64,000 nt of DNA, taken from Gemmatimonadota bacterium (GTDB lineage: Bacteria > Gemmatimonadota > Gemmatimonadetes > Palauibacterales > Palauibacteraceae). The notes below the pieces were generated by a model, which saw only the letters and a list, made by a program, of their open reading frames with translations, made no database searches and had not been told where the DNA came from. The translations under genes and the position numbers were made by a program. Location: the NCBI GenBank assembly GCA_965116475.1, contig OZ220691.1, positions 3,355,077-3,419,076 on the forward strand. The letters run 5' to 3'. How positions within the stretch are numbered: position 1 is the stretch's first letter; the number at the start of each line of letters is the position of its first letter. Below, one piece after another: positions 1 to 9,443 of the stretch.

Positions 1-35
1 GATGCCTCGGAATAGGGCCGGGCGCAGCGCGAGGA

Positions 36-860
36 TCAGCCCGCGCCAGCCTCCAGGGCGGCGACCTCGGTCATGATGCGGTCGAACTGGGTGGCGGCCC
101 GGTTCGGGGCGAGGTTGCACAGGTAGGCGTGCGGGGCCCCGAGACGCCGGAGGGCGACGATCGTCTCCGCGCAGTGCCGCTCCGGCGTGACTCCGGCTTC
201 GAAGGCCGACGCCACCGCTTCGACCGGCACGGGGAAGAAGCGGGACAGCCGTTCCAGTACCGGCCGGCGGCCGTTCCGGTAGTAGAAGACGCCGAATGAG
301 CCCGGTATCTCCAGCCGCGCGCGTCCGGCGTCTTCCAGCCAGCGCTCCGCCCGCGCCAGGTCGTGGTGGGACACGACTTGCGTGAGGTAGTAGTCCGCCT
401 CGAACTCGGGGTCCGTGGCGAAGTCGATCTGCTCGGCGATGGGGCGGTGGAGGTTGACCCACCCGCCGAGTGACAGGCTCCGTGTCCGCTCACGGAACTT
501 CCGCCGGAGCTGATATCCGTGGGGCACGCACCGTTCGGCCCCTCGCACCCTGTCTCCGCCCGTAACCGTGACGCTCTCGACGCCGCGCGCTCGTGCGCGG
601 TCGACGTAGCGCAGGCAGTAGTCGAGGGGGTGGAGGCAGGTCAGGAAGGGGACGACCCGCCACGGTTCGACTTCGTTCGCGAGGTTGGCCGTCAGGTGCT
701 GGAGGTTCTCCTCCTCCTCCTCGCCCACGGCGCTGTCCGTGAGCATGAGGAAGGCCTCGCGCGCCGCGAGACCGCGGATGGCATGAGAGAGGTCGATCCA
801 CATGTCCATCGCGCCGCCGCGCGTGAGTCCGCTCCGCGGCGGCCGGAGCTCGACCGTCAT
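36..860 (-). CDS. metF: 5,10-methylenetetrahydrofolate reductase (MetF family)
   Basis: Translation MTVELRPPRSG...SFGVFYYRNGRRPVLERL matches MetF/MTHFR. The ORF continues upstream without a stop, but that extension is S/R-rich low complexity, so the ATG at 858-860 is chosen. Confidence 0.7.
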   Translation of the reverse strand: MTVELRPPRSGLTRGGAMDMWIDLSHAIRGLAAREAFLMLTDSAVGEEEEENLQHLTANLANEVEPWRVVPFLTCLHPLDYCLRYVDRARARGVESVTVTGGDRVRGAERCVPHGYQLRRKFRERTRSLSLGGWVNLHRPIAEQIDFATDPEFEADYYLTQVVSHHDLARAERWLEDAGRARLEIPGSFGVFYYRNGRRPVLERLSRFFPVPVEAVASAFEAGVTPERHCAETIVALRRLGAPHAYLCNLAPNRAATQFDRIMTEVAALEAGAG

Positions 861-1086
861 CGTCGGCGTCGCTCCACGCAGCCGCTCCACGAACCGGCTG
901 GAGCCCGGTTCCCGGGAGGTGTGCCGGGGAGGTGTCGTGTCGTTCACGCCGGAGGATCTCGCCTGGTTCGTCGCCTGACAGCCCGTGGCAAGGGCCCCGC
1001 GGGGCGGGGCTTCGGATCGAAGGAGGATGCGGTCCCGGAGTTCCGTTGCAAAGCCGGCGGTCGACGGTTCCGTTCCGAGGGGTCTC

Positions 1087-1680
1087 ATGCACCGCGACCG
1101 GAGGAGAGTGCGGGTGAGGGAGGAAACGGCGAACGAAACGATCATCGAGGACGAGGCGCTGGCGGAGGACATCCTCACGCTCCTCGCCCGCACGCCCGGG
1201 ACCGTGCGCGTGCTGCTCGAGGACCTGCCGCCCGACCTCCTGCACGCCGACGAGGGCGAAGGGACGTTCAGCCCCTTCAGCGTGCTCGGACATCTTGTCC
1301 AGGGCGAGATCGACGACTGGATACCGCGGGCGCGCTGGATCCTGGAACACGGGCGCGAACAAGCGTTTCCGCCGTTCGACCGGTTCGCGCATATCGAACG
1401 CACACGGGACCGCTCGCTGGATGAACTGCTTACGGAGTTCGAGACCCTGCGCGAGACCGGACTCGCGGCGCTGAGGGAAGTGTTCGAAGGCGAGGCCGAT
1501 CTGGACGCGGGCGGACTGCACCCGGAACTGGGCGAGGTCACGCTGCGGCAACTGCTCACCACCTGGGCCGTCCACGACCTGAACCACATCGCGCAGATCG
1601 CGCGCGTCGTCGCCCACCAGTTCGAGGACGAGGTCGGGCCGTGGAAGGCGTACCTCCCGATTCTCCACCACGACCGGTAA
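1087..1680 (+). CDS. DinB_2/YfiT-like metal-dependent hydrolase or thiol-transferase family protein
   Basis: The ORF ending 1680 has a DinB/YfiT-like four-helix pattern (HLVQGEIDDW..., WAVHDLNHIAQI). The start is uncertain; the ATG at 1087 is chosen. Confidence 0.55.
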   Translation: MHRDRRRVRVREETANETIIEDEALAEDILTLLARTPGTVRVLLEDLPPDLLHADEGEGTFSPFSVLGHLVQGEIDDWIPRARWILEHGREQAFPPFDRFAHIERTRDRSLDELLTEFETLRETGLAALREVFEGEADLDAGGLHPELGEVTLRQLLTTWAVHDLNHIAQIARVVAHQFEDEVGPWKAYLPILHHDR

Positions 1681-1691
1681 CGGCACGTTCG

Positions 1692-2786
1692 CTACGGTTT
1701 GCGGCGTCGCTCCGCTTCGGCCGCGCGGACGGCGGCGGCGAGGGAATCGGTGTACGGCGGGCGGTGGATGCCGCGCTCGGTGACGATGCCCGTCACGAGT
1801 TCGTGTGGCGTGATGTCGAAGGCGGGGCTGTAGACGCCGGCCTCCTCGGGGGCGAGTAGGGGGCCGAAGCCGCGGCGGACCTCGTCCGGGTCGCGGTGTT
1901 CGATCGGGATGTCGGCGCCGGTGGGCGTCCCGAGGTCCACCGTCGAGGTCGGCGCGAGCACGTAAAACGGCACGCCGTGGCGATGCGCCAGCACGGCCAG
2001 CGGGTAGGTGCCGATCTTGTTCGCCACGTCACCGTTGGCGGCGATGCGGTCGGAGCCCACGAAGGCGATGTCCGGCGGGTTCGAGGCGAAGAGCGACCCC
2101 GCCATGTTGTCGGCCAGCACGGTGACCTCGATGCCGGCGCGGGCAAGCTCCCAGGCGGTGAGGCGGCTCCCCTGCAGGAGCGGGCGGGTCTCGTCGGCGA
2201 ACACGCGCACCCGGCGGCCGGCCTCCGCCGCGACGTAGACCGGGGCGAGGGCCGTCCCGATGCCGCCTGTCGCGAGCGACCCCGCGTTGCAATGCGTGAT
2301 CACGGACTCGCCGCCCGCAAGCAGCGCTGCCGCGTGCCCGCCGATCGCGCGGCACATGCGGCGGTCCTCCGCGTGGATGGCGTCGGCCTCGGCCGCCAGC
2401 GCCGCGGCCAGCTCTCCCGCGTCGCCGGGGGCTGCCTCCAGCCGGGCCCGCTGGCGGCGGACCGCCCACGCGAGGTTGACCGCCGTCGGCCGGGCGTTCG
2501 CGAGCCCCTCGGCCCAGCCGGCGAAGCGCTCCCGCAGCCCGTCCGCCGAGATGCCTTCGGCGGCGGACTGCCGCGCCAGGGCCGCGAGCCCGATGGCGGC
2601 CGTGATCCCGATGAGCGGCGCCCCCCGCACGCGCAGGCTGACGATCGCCTCGATGAAGTCCTCGAGGGTCGAGAGTTCCTTCTCCTCATGGACCGCGGGA
2701 AGGAGCGTCTGGTCGAGAATCAGCGCGCTCCGGCCCCCGGGAGCCCAGCGGATCGTCTCCGGCACCGAAAACTCACGATCGTTCAT
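1692..2786 (-). CDS. mtnA: S-methyl-5-thioribose-1-phosphate isomerase (eIF-2B alpha/beta/delta family)
   Basis: N-terminus MNDREFSVPETIRWAPGGRSALILDQTLLP and the following GAPLIGITAAIGLA...CNAGSLATGGIGTALAP region are typical of MtnA/eIF-2B family proteins. Confidence 0.7.
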   Translation of the reverse strand: MNDREFSVPETIRWAPGGRSALILDQTLLPAVHEEKELSTLEDFIEAIVSLRVRGAPLIGITAAIGLAALARQSAAEGISADGLRERFAGWAEGLANARPTAVNLAWAVRRQRARLEAAPGDAGELAAALAAEADAIHAEDRRMCRAIGGHAAALLAGGESVITHCNAGSLATGGIGTALAPVYVAAEAGRRVRVFADETRPLLQGSRLTAWELARAGIEVTVLADNMAGSLFASNPPDIAFVGSDRIAANGDVANKIGTYPLAVLAHRHGVPFYVLAPTSTVDLGTPTGADIPIEHRDPDEVRRGFGPLLAPEEAGVYSPAFDITPHELVTGIVTERGIHRPPYTDSLAAAVRAAEAERRRKP

Positions 2787-2874
2787 GCCGGGCAACCTAT
2801 CCGGCGGCGGGAAAGGCGCTACCTTGACTGCCACGGGACGTCCCGCAGGGATCGAATGCAGTCCAGGAGGAATC

Positions 2875-4977
2875 ATGACGTCGTCACGAGAACACAGGGT
2901 CGTCAGCTCCGCGATCGCCTTCCGGGTGGCCGCCGGCGCGCTCGCGCTCGCCATCCTCGCCCCCGCCGGTCCGCTCGCCGGACAGGAGCGGGACCCGGAC
3001 CACTTCGGCCCGGCGGACGTGTTCGAACTCGAGATCGCCGGCGATCCGCGGATCTCGCCCGATGGTTCCCGGGTCGTCTACGTGCGGTCCTCGATGGACA
3101 TCATGACCGACCGTCAGCGCAGCAACCTGTGGATCGTCGACTACGACGGTTCGAACCACCGTCCGCTCCTCACCGGACAGAAGAACTTCTCGTCCCCGCG
3201 CTGGTCGCCGGACGGCACGAAACTCCTTTACGTCGCGAGCGACGAGCACGGGAAGGCGCAGCTCTATCTGCGCTGGATGGACACCGGACAGACGGCCCTC
3301 CTCACGCAGCTGGAGCGCGGCCCTGGCGGTCTCGCCTGGTCCCCCGACGGGAGCATGATCGCCTTCAGCATGTTCGTCCCGGACACGCCGCCGCCCTTCG
3401 CGCAGATGCCGGCCAAGCCCGAAGGCGCGACGTGGGCGCCGCCCGCCACGACGTACGAGCGGCTCTACTACCGCTCCGACAGCCAGGGCTTCCTGCCGGT
3501 CGGCTACTCCCACGTCTTCGTCCTCCCCGCGGAGGGAGGGACGCCGCGCCAGGTCACGCACGGCCCCTACAACCACGGCGGGACGCCCGAGTGGACGCCC
3601 GATTCGCAGCACCTGCTGATCTCGGCCACCCGGCGCGACGACTGGGAGTACGTACGGGACTCCGAGGTCTTCGAGTTCTCCGTGGCGGATGGGGCGGTCC
3701 GGCAGCTCACGGACCGGCGCGGACCGGACTCCGGCCCCGTCGTGTCGCCGGACGGCGGCATGATCGCCTACACCGGCTACGATGACCGTTTCCTCGGACA
3801 CCAGGTGTCGAAGCTGTACGTGATGAACCGCGACGGGTCCGGCTCGCGCCTCATCGCCGACGACCTCGACCGCTCGATCGGAAACGTGCACTGGGCGAGC
3901 GATGGGGCGGGGCTCTTCTTCCAGTACGACACCGAGGGGAACACGCGGCTGGCCCACGTCGACCTCGACGGGAACGTGACGGACATCGTCTCCAGCGTGC
4001 AGGGTCTGTCGATCGGCCGTCCCTATGGGGGCGGTACCTTCTCCACCTCCGGCAACGACCGTTTCGCCTACACCTACGGGACGCCCGACCACCCGGCGGA
4101 TCTCGCGGTGACGAATCGCGGCGGCGACTGGCAGCGGCTCACGCACCTGAACGAGGACCTCTTCGCGCAGAAGGCGATCGGGGAGACGGAGGAGGTCTGG
4201 TACAAGTCCTCGCACGACGGACTCGACATCCAGGGCTGGATCGTGAAGCCGCCGGACTTCGACCCGGGCCGCAAGTATCCGCTCCTGCTCGAGATCCACG
4301 GCGGGCCGTTCGCCAACTACGGTGACCGCTTCAGCGCCGAGGTCCAGTTGTTCGCCTCGGCAGGGTACGTCGTCCTCTACACGAACCCGCGCGGGAGTAC
4401 GAGCTATGGCGAGGATTTCGGGAACGAGATCCACCACGCGTATCCGAGTTACGACTTCGACGACCTCATGTCCGGCGTCGATGAAGTGATCTCGCGCGGA
4501 TACATCGACGAGGACCAGCTGTTCGTCACCGGCGGCTCGGGCGGCGGCGTGCTGACGGCCTGGATCGTGACGCACACGGACCGTTTCGCGGCGGCCGCGT
4601 CGCAGAAGCCCGTCATCAACTGGTATTCGTGGGTCCTGACCGCGGACATGGGAGGCAGCGGCGGGATCAACTACTGGTTCCCGGGCGCGCCGTGGGACAA
4701 CCTCGAGCACTACATGGAGCGGTCGCCGGTGCACCACATCGCGAACGTGACCACGCCGACCATGCTCATCACCGGAGAGGTCGACTGGCGCACGCCGATG
4801 TCGGAGTCGGAGCAGTTCTACCAGGCGCTGAGGATCCGGAAGGTGCCGTCGGTGCTCGTGCGGATTCCCGAGGCGAACCACAGCATCGGCGCGCGTCCGA
4901 GCGGCCTCATCAGCAAGGTGCAGCACATCCTCGCCTGGTTCGAGCGCTACCGGACGAGCGGAACGACGACCCAGTGA
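2875..4977 (+). CDS. Exported S9 family serine peptidase (prolyl oligopeptidase/acylaminoacyl peptidase-like) with N-terminal beta-propeller
   Basis: AGGAGG ribosome-binding site 5 nt upstream of the ATG. A signal peptide is followed by TolB-like propeller repeats (SPDGSRVVYV, SPDGTKLLY, SPDGSMIAF) and a C-terminal alpha/beta hydrolase with a GGSGGG nucleophile elbow. Confidence 0.8.
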   Translation: MTSSREHRVVSSAIAFRVAAGALALAILAPAGPLAGQERDPDHFGPADVFELEIAGDPRISPDGSRVVYVRSSMDIMTDRQRSNLWIVDYDGSNHRPLLTGQKNFSSPRWSPDGTKLLYVASDEHGKAQLYLRWMDTGQTALLTQLERGPGGLAWSPDGSMIAFSMFVPDTPPPFAQMPAKPEGATWAPPATTYERLYYRSDSQGFLPVGYSHVFVLPAEGGTPRQVTHGPYNHGGTPEWTPDSQHLLISATRRDDWEYVRDSEVFEFSVADGAVRQLTDRRGPDSGPVVSPDGGMIAYTGYDDRFLGHQVSKLYVMNRDGSGSRLIADDLDRSIGNVHWASDGAGLFFQYDTEGNTRLAHVDLDGNVTDIVSSVQGLSIGRPYGGGTFSTSGNDRFAYTYGTPDHPADLAVTNRGGDWQRLTHLNEDLFAQKAIGETEEVWYKSSHDGLDIQGWIVKPPDFDPGRKYPLLLEIHGGPFANYGDRFSAEVQLFASAGYVVLYTNPRGSTSYGEDFGNEIHHAYPSYDFDDLMSGVDEVISRGYIDEDQLFVTGGSGGGVLTAWIVTHTDRFAAAASQKPVINWYSWVLTADMGGSGGINYWFPGAPWDNLEHYMERSPVHHIANVTTPTMLITGEVDWRTPMSESEQFYQALRIRKVPSVLVRIPEANHSIGARPSGLISKVQHILAWFERYRTSGTTTQ

Positions 4978-4998
4978 AGACAACCCAGTGACGACGCG

Positions 4999-6966
4999 AT
5001 GAGCCGCGACGGGACCGGCAGGTCGGACAGGGAACTCGGGCTCGACCGGGAGATTACGCGGCGCGACTTCGTCCAGTTGGCGGGGGCCGGGATCGCGGGC
5101 TCCGCGCTCCTCGGGTGCGGGACCGAAGCTCCTGGAGGCGGCAGCGGCATCGCGGTTCCGGGGATGGCTTCGGAGCCATGGTCCGACGCGCTGGGGCCGG
5201 ACTGGTACGGGCCCGGCGGGGTGGGGGACTACGCGTCCTCGCACGGGAACACGCCGGAGGTCGTCCGCTCGGCGCACTGGGTCCGCGATGGGCGGGCTCC
5301 AGGCGGAGGGGTGACGGACACAGGGGAGCGTTTCGACGTCGTGATCGTCGGCGGCGGGCTCGCGGGACTCTCCGCCGCGCACCACTTCAAGCGGCACCGG
5401 CCCTCGGGCCGCTGTCTCGTCCTCGACAACCACCCCGTGTTCGGCGGCGAGGCGAAACGCAACGACATCATGGTCGACGGCGTGCGCCTGGCCGGGCCGC
5501 AGGGGTCGAACGACTTCGGCGTGCGCCCGCCCACGGGAGAGCCGGATGACTACTTCACGACGCTGGGGATCCCGCGCGAGTTCGAGTACGCGCCCGACGC
5601 CGGCCAGGTGAAGGCGCCGCTCGAGAACTACGGCTTCATGCACTGGGTGCAGGACCAGTTCTCCATCGGGCACTACTTCGGCGGGACGCGGCGCGGCGGC
5701 CGGCCGGGCTGGTCGGGAGGGTCGGGAGGCTGGGTCAACGGCCTCTTCGGCGACACCTCGCGCGCACCCTGGACGCCGGAGGTGCGGGAGGGCTTCGAAC
5801 GCTGGCGGAACGCCCGGGTCACGGACCACGTGCCGCCGGACGCCCCCGGGGGACCGGACAACCCCGGGCCGTGGCTCGACGGCATGACGCTCAAGGCCTA
5901 CTACGAGGATGTGCTCGGCCTGCCGCCGGAGGTGACCGCGTATGTGGATCCGATCCTCGCCAGCATCATCGGGCTCGGCTGCGACGCGATCTCCGCGTGG
6001 TGGGGGATGCACTTCGACCTGCCCGGCTTCGGGCTCCCGTCCCGCTACGACGGCATGACCTTCCACTCCTTCCCCGGCGGGAACGCGGGGATCGCCCGCT
6101 ACTTCGTGAAGGACGTCGTGCCTGACGGGATCGCGGGCGAGCGCACCCTGGGGGACGTGCTGAACGGGGCGATCGACTTCGGCGCGATCGACCGGCCGGA
6201 TCAGCCCGCGCGCCTGCGGCTCGGATGTACCGCGATCGACGTGCGCCACACCGGGAACGGCGACGGCCGCGTGCGCGTCACCTACGTGCACGGGGATCGC
6301 GCCTGGTCGGTCGAAGCGGAAGGTGTCGTGCTCGCGAGCGGGGGATGGATGAACCGCTACATCGCCGCCGACCTGCCGGACGGGCACCGCGCGGCCTACG
6401 AGCACTTCCGCCACGGGCCGATCCTCGTCGCGAACGTAGCGCTCCGGAACTGGCGCTTCCTCGACCGCCTCGGGATCGCCGGCTGCTTCTACGAGGGCGA
6501 CCTCGGCTTCTCGTGCAACATCCGGCGGCCCATGTACGCGGGAGATTACCGGCCCGTCCACGCGCCCGATCACCCGACGATGCTGACCTTCTACATCACG
6601 TACGAGTCGCCCGGCCCATCGCCGGCGGACCAGGGGATGGCGGGCCGCACGGAGATGCTGAGCACGTCCTTCACGGAGTACGAGAGACGGCTGCGCGCGC
6701 AGATGGTCGAGCTTTTCGCGGAGGGCGGCTTCGATCCGGCCGAGGACATCGCCGGCCTCGTGCTCAATCGGTGGGGGCACGCCTATGTGGCGCCCGGACC
6801 CGGCTTCTTCTTCGGACGCGACGGAGCCCCGGCCCCGCCGGATGTGATTCGCGAACCGTTCGGCCGCGTCGCGATCGGGCATTCCGAACTGCGCGGGCAC
6901 CAGAACTGGACCGGCGCGTCCGCCGAGGGGCGCCGCGCCGTCGAGACCGTCCTCGATCTCATCTGA
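4999..6966 (+). CDS. TAT-signal FAD/NAD(P)-binding oxidoreductase, spermidine dehydrogenase (SpdH)-like
   Basis: Twin-arginine motif RRDFVQLAGAG at the N-terminus and a Rossmann dinucleotide motif DVVIVGGGLAGLSAA. Length and layout resemble SpdH-type amine oxidoreductases. Confidence 0.65.
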   Translation: MSRDGTGRSDRELGLDREITRRDFVQLAGAGIAGSALLGCGTEAPGGGSGIAVPGMASEPWSDALGPDWYGPGGVGDYASSHGNTPEVVRSAHWVRDGRAPGGGVTDTGERFDVVIVGGGLAGLSAAHHFKRHRPSGRCLVLDNHPVFGGEAKRNDIMVDGVRLAGPQGSNDFGVRPPTGEPDDYFTTLGIPREFEYAPDAGQVKAPLENYGFMHWVQDQFSIGHYFGGTRRGGRPGWSGGSGGWVNGLFGDTSRAPWTPEVREGFERWRNARVTDHVPPDAPGGPDNPGPWLDGMTLKAYYEDVLGLPPEVTAYVDPILASIIGLGCDAISAWWGMHFDLPGFGLPSRYDGMTFHSFPGGNAGIARYFVKDVVPDGIAGERTLGDVLNGAIDFGAIDRPDQPARLRLGCTAIDVRHTGNGDGRVRVTYVHGDRAWSVEAEGVVLASGGWMNRYIAADLPDGHRAAYEHFRHGPILVANVALRNWRFLDRLGIAGCFYEGDLGFSCNIRRPMYAGDYRPVHAPDHPTMLTFYITYESPGPSPADQGMAGRTEMLSTSFTEYERRLRAQMVELFAEGGFDPAEDIAGLVLNRWGHAYVAPGPGFFFGRDGAPAPPDVIREPFGRVAIGHSELRGHQNWTGASAEGRRAVETVLDLI

Positions 6967-6988
6967 GGCCACCGCTGATGCCACCGCG

Positions 6989-7768
6989 ATGCGACGGGTG
7001 ACGCCGCGGGCGGGCTCCCGCGGCCTGTGGACGCTTGTCCTCTGCGCGCTGGCGGGCTGCGCAGCCCCCTCGGTTCCGTCCATCCCGTACGAGATCCTGG
7101 GGACGTTTCCGCACGATCCCGCCGCGTACACGCAGGGACTCCTCTTCCACGACGGACAACTCCTCGAGAGCACCGGCCGCTACGGCGAATCGAGCGTGCG
7201 GCGGGTGGACGTGCCGACCGGCGAAGTCCTGGCGAGCGTCGCGGTGGACTCGGCCCTTTTCGGCGAAGGACTCGCCCGGGTGGACTCGGAACTCGTGCAA
7301 CTCACATGGAAGTCCGGCCGGGCCTTCATCTACGATCTCGAGACCTTCGAGGTGCTCCGGGAGTTCGCCTACGAGGGTGAGGGCTGGGGCCTCTGCTACG
7401 ACGGCGACTCGCTCTGGATGTCCGATGGATCGAGCGCGCTCGAGCGCCGGAGCCCGCAGGACTTTACGGTTCTCGCGACGGTCGAGGTCACGCGGGCCGG
7501 GTCGCGGCAGGGTCGGCTGAACGAACTCGAATGCGTGGACGACTGGATCTACGCCAACGTCTACCAGACCGACCTCATCGTCCGCATCGACAAGGCCACC
7601 GGAGAGGTGCTCGGCGAAATCGACCTCTCGAGCGTCCCCCTCAGCGCCCGCAAGCCCGGAGACATCGAAGCCGTACTCAACGGCATCGCCTACGTCCCCG
7701 ACACCGGCGTCTTCCTCGTCACCGGCAAACTCTGGCCCAACCTCCTCGCCCTCCGCCTCGAAGACTAG
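6989..7768 (+). CDS. Glutaminyl-peptide cyclotransferase (plant/bacterial-type glutamine cyclotransferase) lipoprotein
   Basis: Lipobox LCALAGC, then YEILGTFPHDPAAYTQGLLFHDGQLLESTGRYGES..., a five-bladed propeller glutamine cyclotransferase signature. Confidence 0.75.
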   Translation: MRRVTPRAGSRGLWTLVLCALAGCAAPSVPSIPYEILGTFPHDPAAYTQGLLFHDGQLLESTGRYGESSVRRVDVPTGEVLASVAVDSALFGEGLARVDSELVQLTWKSGRAFIYDLETFEVLREFAYEGEGWGLCYDGDSLWMSDGSSALERRSPQDFTVLATVEVTRAGSRQGRLNELECVDDWIYANVYQTDLIVRIDKATGEVLGEIDLSSVPLSARKPGDIEAVLNGIAYVPDTGVFLVTGKLWPNLLALRLED

Positions 7769-7782
7769 GAGCGGCGGTGGCC

Positions 7783-8799
7783 TCAGCCGCGATTTGCCCT
7801 CTGCTCGATGTCGGCGCAGCGATCGATGATCTCCTCGAACGCTTCCTCATCATCGAACAGCATGCCATCGCGCAGCATCTTTTCATAGTCGTCGGCGAGA
7901 GCTTCCCTGAAGGGACCGTCGGGGCACAGTTGAAGCCCGCCGGAAACGGCCGCTTCGTAGTCGATCCAGTCTCCTGACCTGTCCCTCTCCCGGAAGAAAA
8001 GCGACTTGTGGCGAGCCACGGAACGAGCAAGTTCACGGTCCGGTAGCGCTCTCTCCACGTAGCCGGTGTCGTCCAACCGAACCAGGTCGTGCCAATGTCT
8101 GGAGAGACGCGTCCCGCGCTGTGTGCGTCGACGGCAGAAGACATGTATCGCCGTAGCCTTCTCCCAGAAGGTACGCTCGGCCAACATCACCAAAGGTGTC
8201 GCCGACGGGAGATGGACATCGCTTATCGACGAAGCGGCGTCGCATTCGATGCGCCGCTCCTCTCGGGGCTCACCCGTCGACCGCGCGCCAAACTCCACGA
8301 ACACTTCCGGCAGGACGAAGCCATAATCGTCGAACAGAGGTTCGTAACCGACGTAGATGCGGTCGGCGTCGGCTCGCACCCGGGCCGGAAATCCGCTTCG
8401 GGCCAGCCCCTCGCGGATGACCGGAACCGCTTCGTCTCTGGCCCATTCCGCTAGCCTCGAACGGATCATCCGTGTCCAGCGACGTTCCTGGCTTCGCGTC
8501 GGGGGAAGCGCCTCCTCCCCAGCTCCGGAGACCAGTTCCGGAGCGAAGCGGCGGATGTCATATGTGATGTCGACATCCTCGGAGAAACGGTGGATCGCGC
8601 GGTAGGCCTTGGCCAGCGATGTCCCGCCCTTGAACACCAGGTCCTGGCCGTATGGCGCCTCGAAGAGTACGGAAAGGGTCTGGACGACCCAGATGTCCTT
8701 TTCGAGCAGGTGCGCGGGACGGCCGCCAAGGCTCGTGGCGGTTTCGAGTGCCTCACGCCGTTCCGGTGCGGACAGAGTCTGGAATCGAACCTTACCCAC
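7783..8799 (-). CDS. abiEii: AbiEii/AbiGii-family nucleotidyltransferase toxin (DUF1814)
   Basis: EKDIWVVQTL...VFKGGTSLAKAY... is characteristic of DUF1814/AbiEii. GTG start chosen at 8797-8799; it overlaps the upstream antitoxin stop by 8 nt. Confidence 0.65.
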   Translation of the reverse strand: MGKVRFQTLSAPERREALETATSLGGRPAHLLEKDIWVVQTLSVLFEAPYGQDLVFKGGTSLAKAYRAIHRFSEDVDITYDIRRFAPELVSGAGEEALPPTRSQERRWTRMIRSRLAEWARDEAVPVIREGLARSGFPARVRADADRIYVGYEPLFDDYGFVLPEVFVEFGARSTGEPREERRIECDAASSISDVHLPSATPLVMLAERTFWEKATAIHVFCRRRTQRGTRLSRHWHDLVRLDDTGYVERALPDRELARSVARHKSLFFRERDRSGDWIDYEAAVSGGLQLCPDGPFREALADDYEKMLRDGMLFDDEEAFEEIIDRCADIEQRANRG

Positions 8800-9388
8800 G
8801 AGCGACCAGGGCGCTGAGAGGCGTCGCGATCCATAGGGGCAGGATCGGGCGTGTAGCTGCGAGTTCCGCGAGATCTGCCGGGCCGAGCTTGCGCTCGATC
8901 TGCTCGATGTTCCGTTCCACTTCCGCAGGGCCCAGCCAGGCCAGGGCACGAATGGCCAGTCCGGCGGGTCGTCCCGGAGCAACGAGCTGCCAGCGTGGCG
9001 CATGACGCAGGCGGATGATCAAGGCATACAACCGCAACACTCGATTCGGGCCCGACGTGAGGTACACCAATCGGACCGGCACTTGAGTCGTCAGGCCGAG
9101 GACGTTCGCGGCCGCCCCGCCGCTCGGGACGATGGTTTCTCCCCACAAGGCCGAAAGTGCTTCAATGACGGTCGCGGCACCGGGCGCGCGAACGCCGAAC
9201 CGGGTTTCTATCGGACGCACGTAGACGCCCCGGCAGACTCGCAACAGCAGCCCTTGCCGGGCGAGGCGGGAGAGCGCCTGGTCGACGGCCGCCCGGTTTC
9301 CCAGATGGAGCAGGCCGTTGGCACGAATTGGTGTGCCTTCCGGCAGCGTGGCTGCGTGTTCCGCGATCTGGCTTGGGAGTCCCGGCAT
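8792..9388 (-). CDS. abiEi: AbiEi-family antitoxin / transcriptional regulator (type IV TA system)
   Basis: About 198 aa, N-terminal wHTH-like region (LSRLARQGLLLRVCRGVYV) immediately upstream of and overlapping AbiEii. GGAAGGGAA ribosome-binding site before the ATG at 9388. Confidence 0.6.
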   Translation of the reverse strand: MPGLPSQIAEHAATLPEGTPIRANGLLHLGNRAAVDQALSRLARQGLLLRVCRGVYVRPIETRFGVRAPGAATVIEALSALWGETIVPSGGAAANVLGLTTQVPVRLVYLTSGPNRVLRLYALIIRLRHAPRWQLVAPGRPAGLAIRALAWLGPAEVERNIEQIERKLGPADLAELAATRPILPLWIATPLSALVARG

Positions 9389-9417
9389 GGTTCCCTTCCG
9401 TTTTTTTCGTTTCAACA

Positions 9418-9443
9418 GTCAGAAATATAAATTAGTTTCTGAC
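9418..9443. promoter_or_regulatory. Perfect 8-bp inverted repeat GTCAGAAA-N10-TTTCTGAC in AT-rich region upstream of abiEi; candidate AbiEi operator overlapping promoter
   Basis: Palindrome read directly from the sequence. The spacer contains TATAAAT. This is the only AT-rich intergenic stretch in the window and lies 30 nt upstream of the abiEi start on the transcribed strand. Confidence 0.35.

Noticed and set aside
36-1589. 517-aa version of the metF ORF with a 243-residue N-terminal extension
   Set aside because: The extension is Ser/Arg-rich low complexity and overlaps the opposite-strand DinB_2 gene. MetF homology begins at the internal MTVELRPP start.
2884-7173. Very long antisense ORFs (e.g. 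2884-7173 minus, 1429 aa; 21014-24952 minus, 1312 aa; 14269-17136 minus; 39346-41721 minus; 60616-62427 minus)
   Set aside because: Their translations are Arg/Pro/Gly/Ala-rich low-complexity strings with no motifs. They lie antisense to well-supported genes. Long stop-free antisense frames are expected in about 70 % GC DNA.
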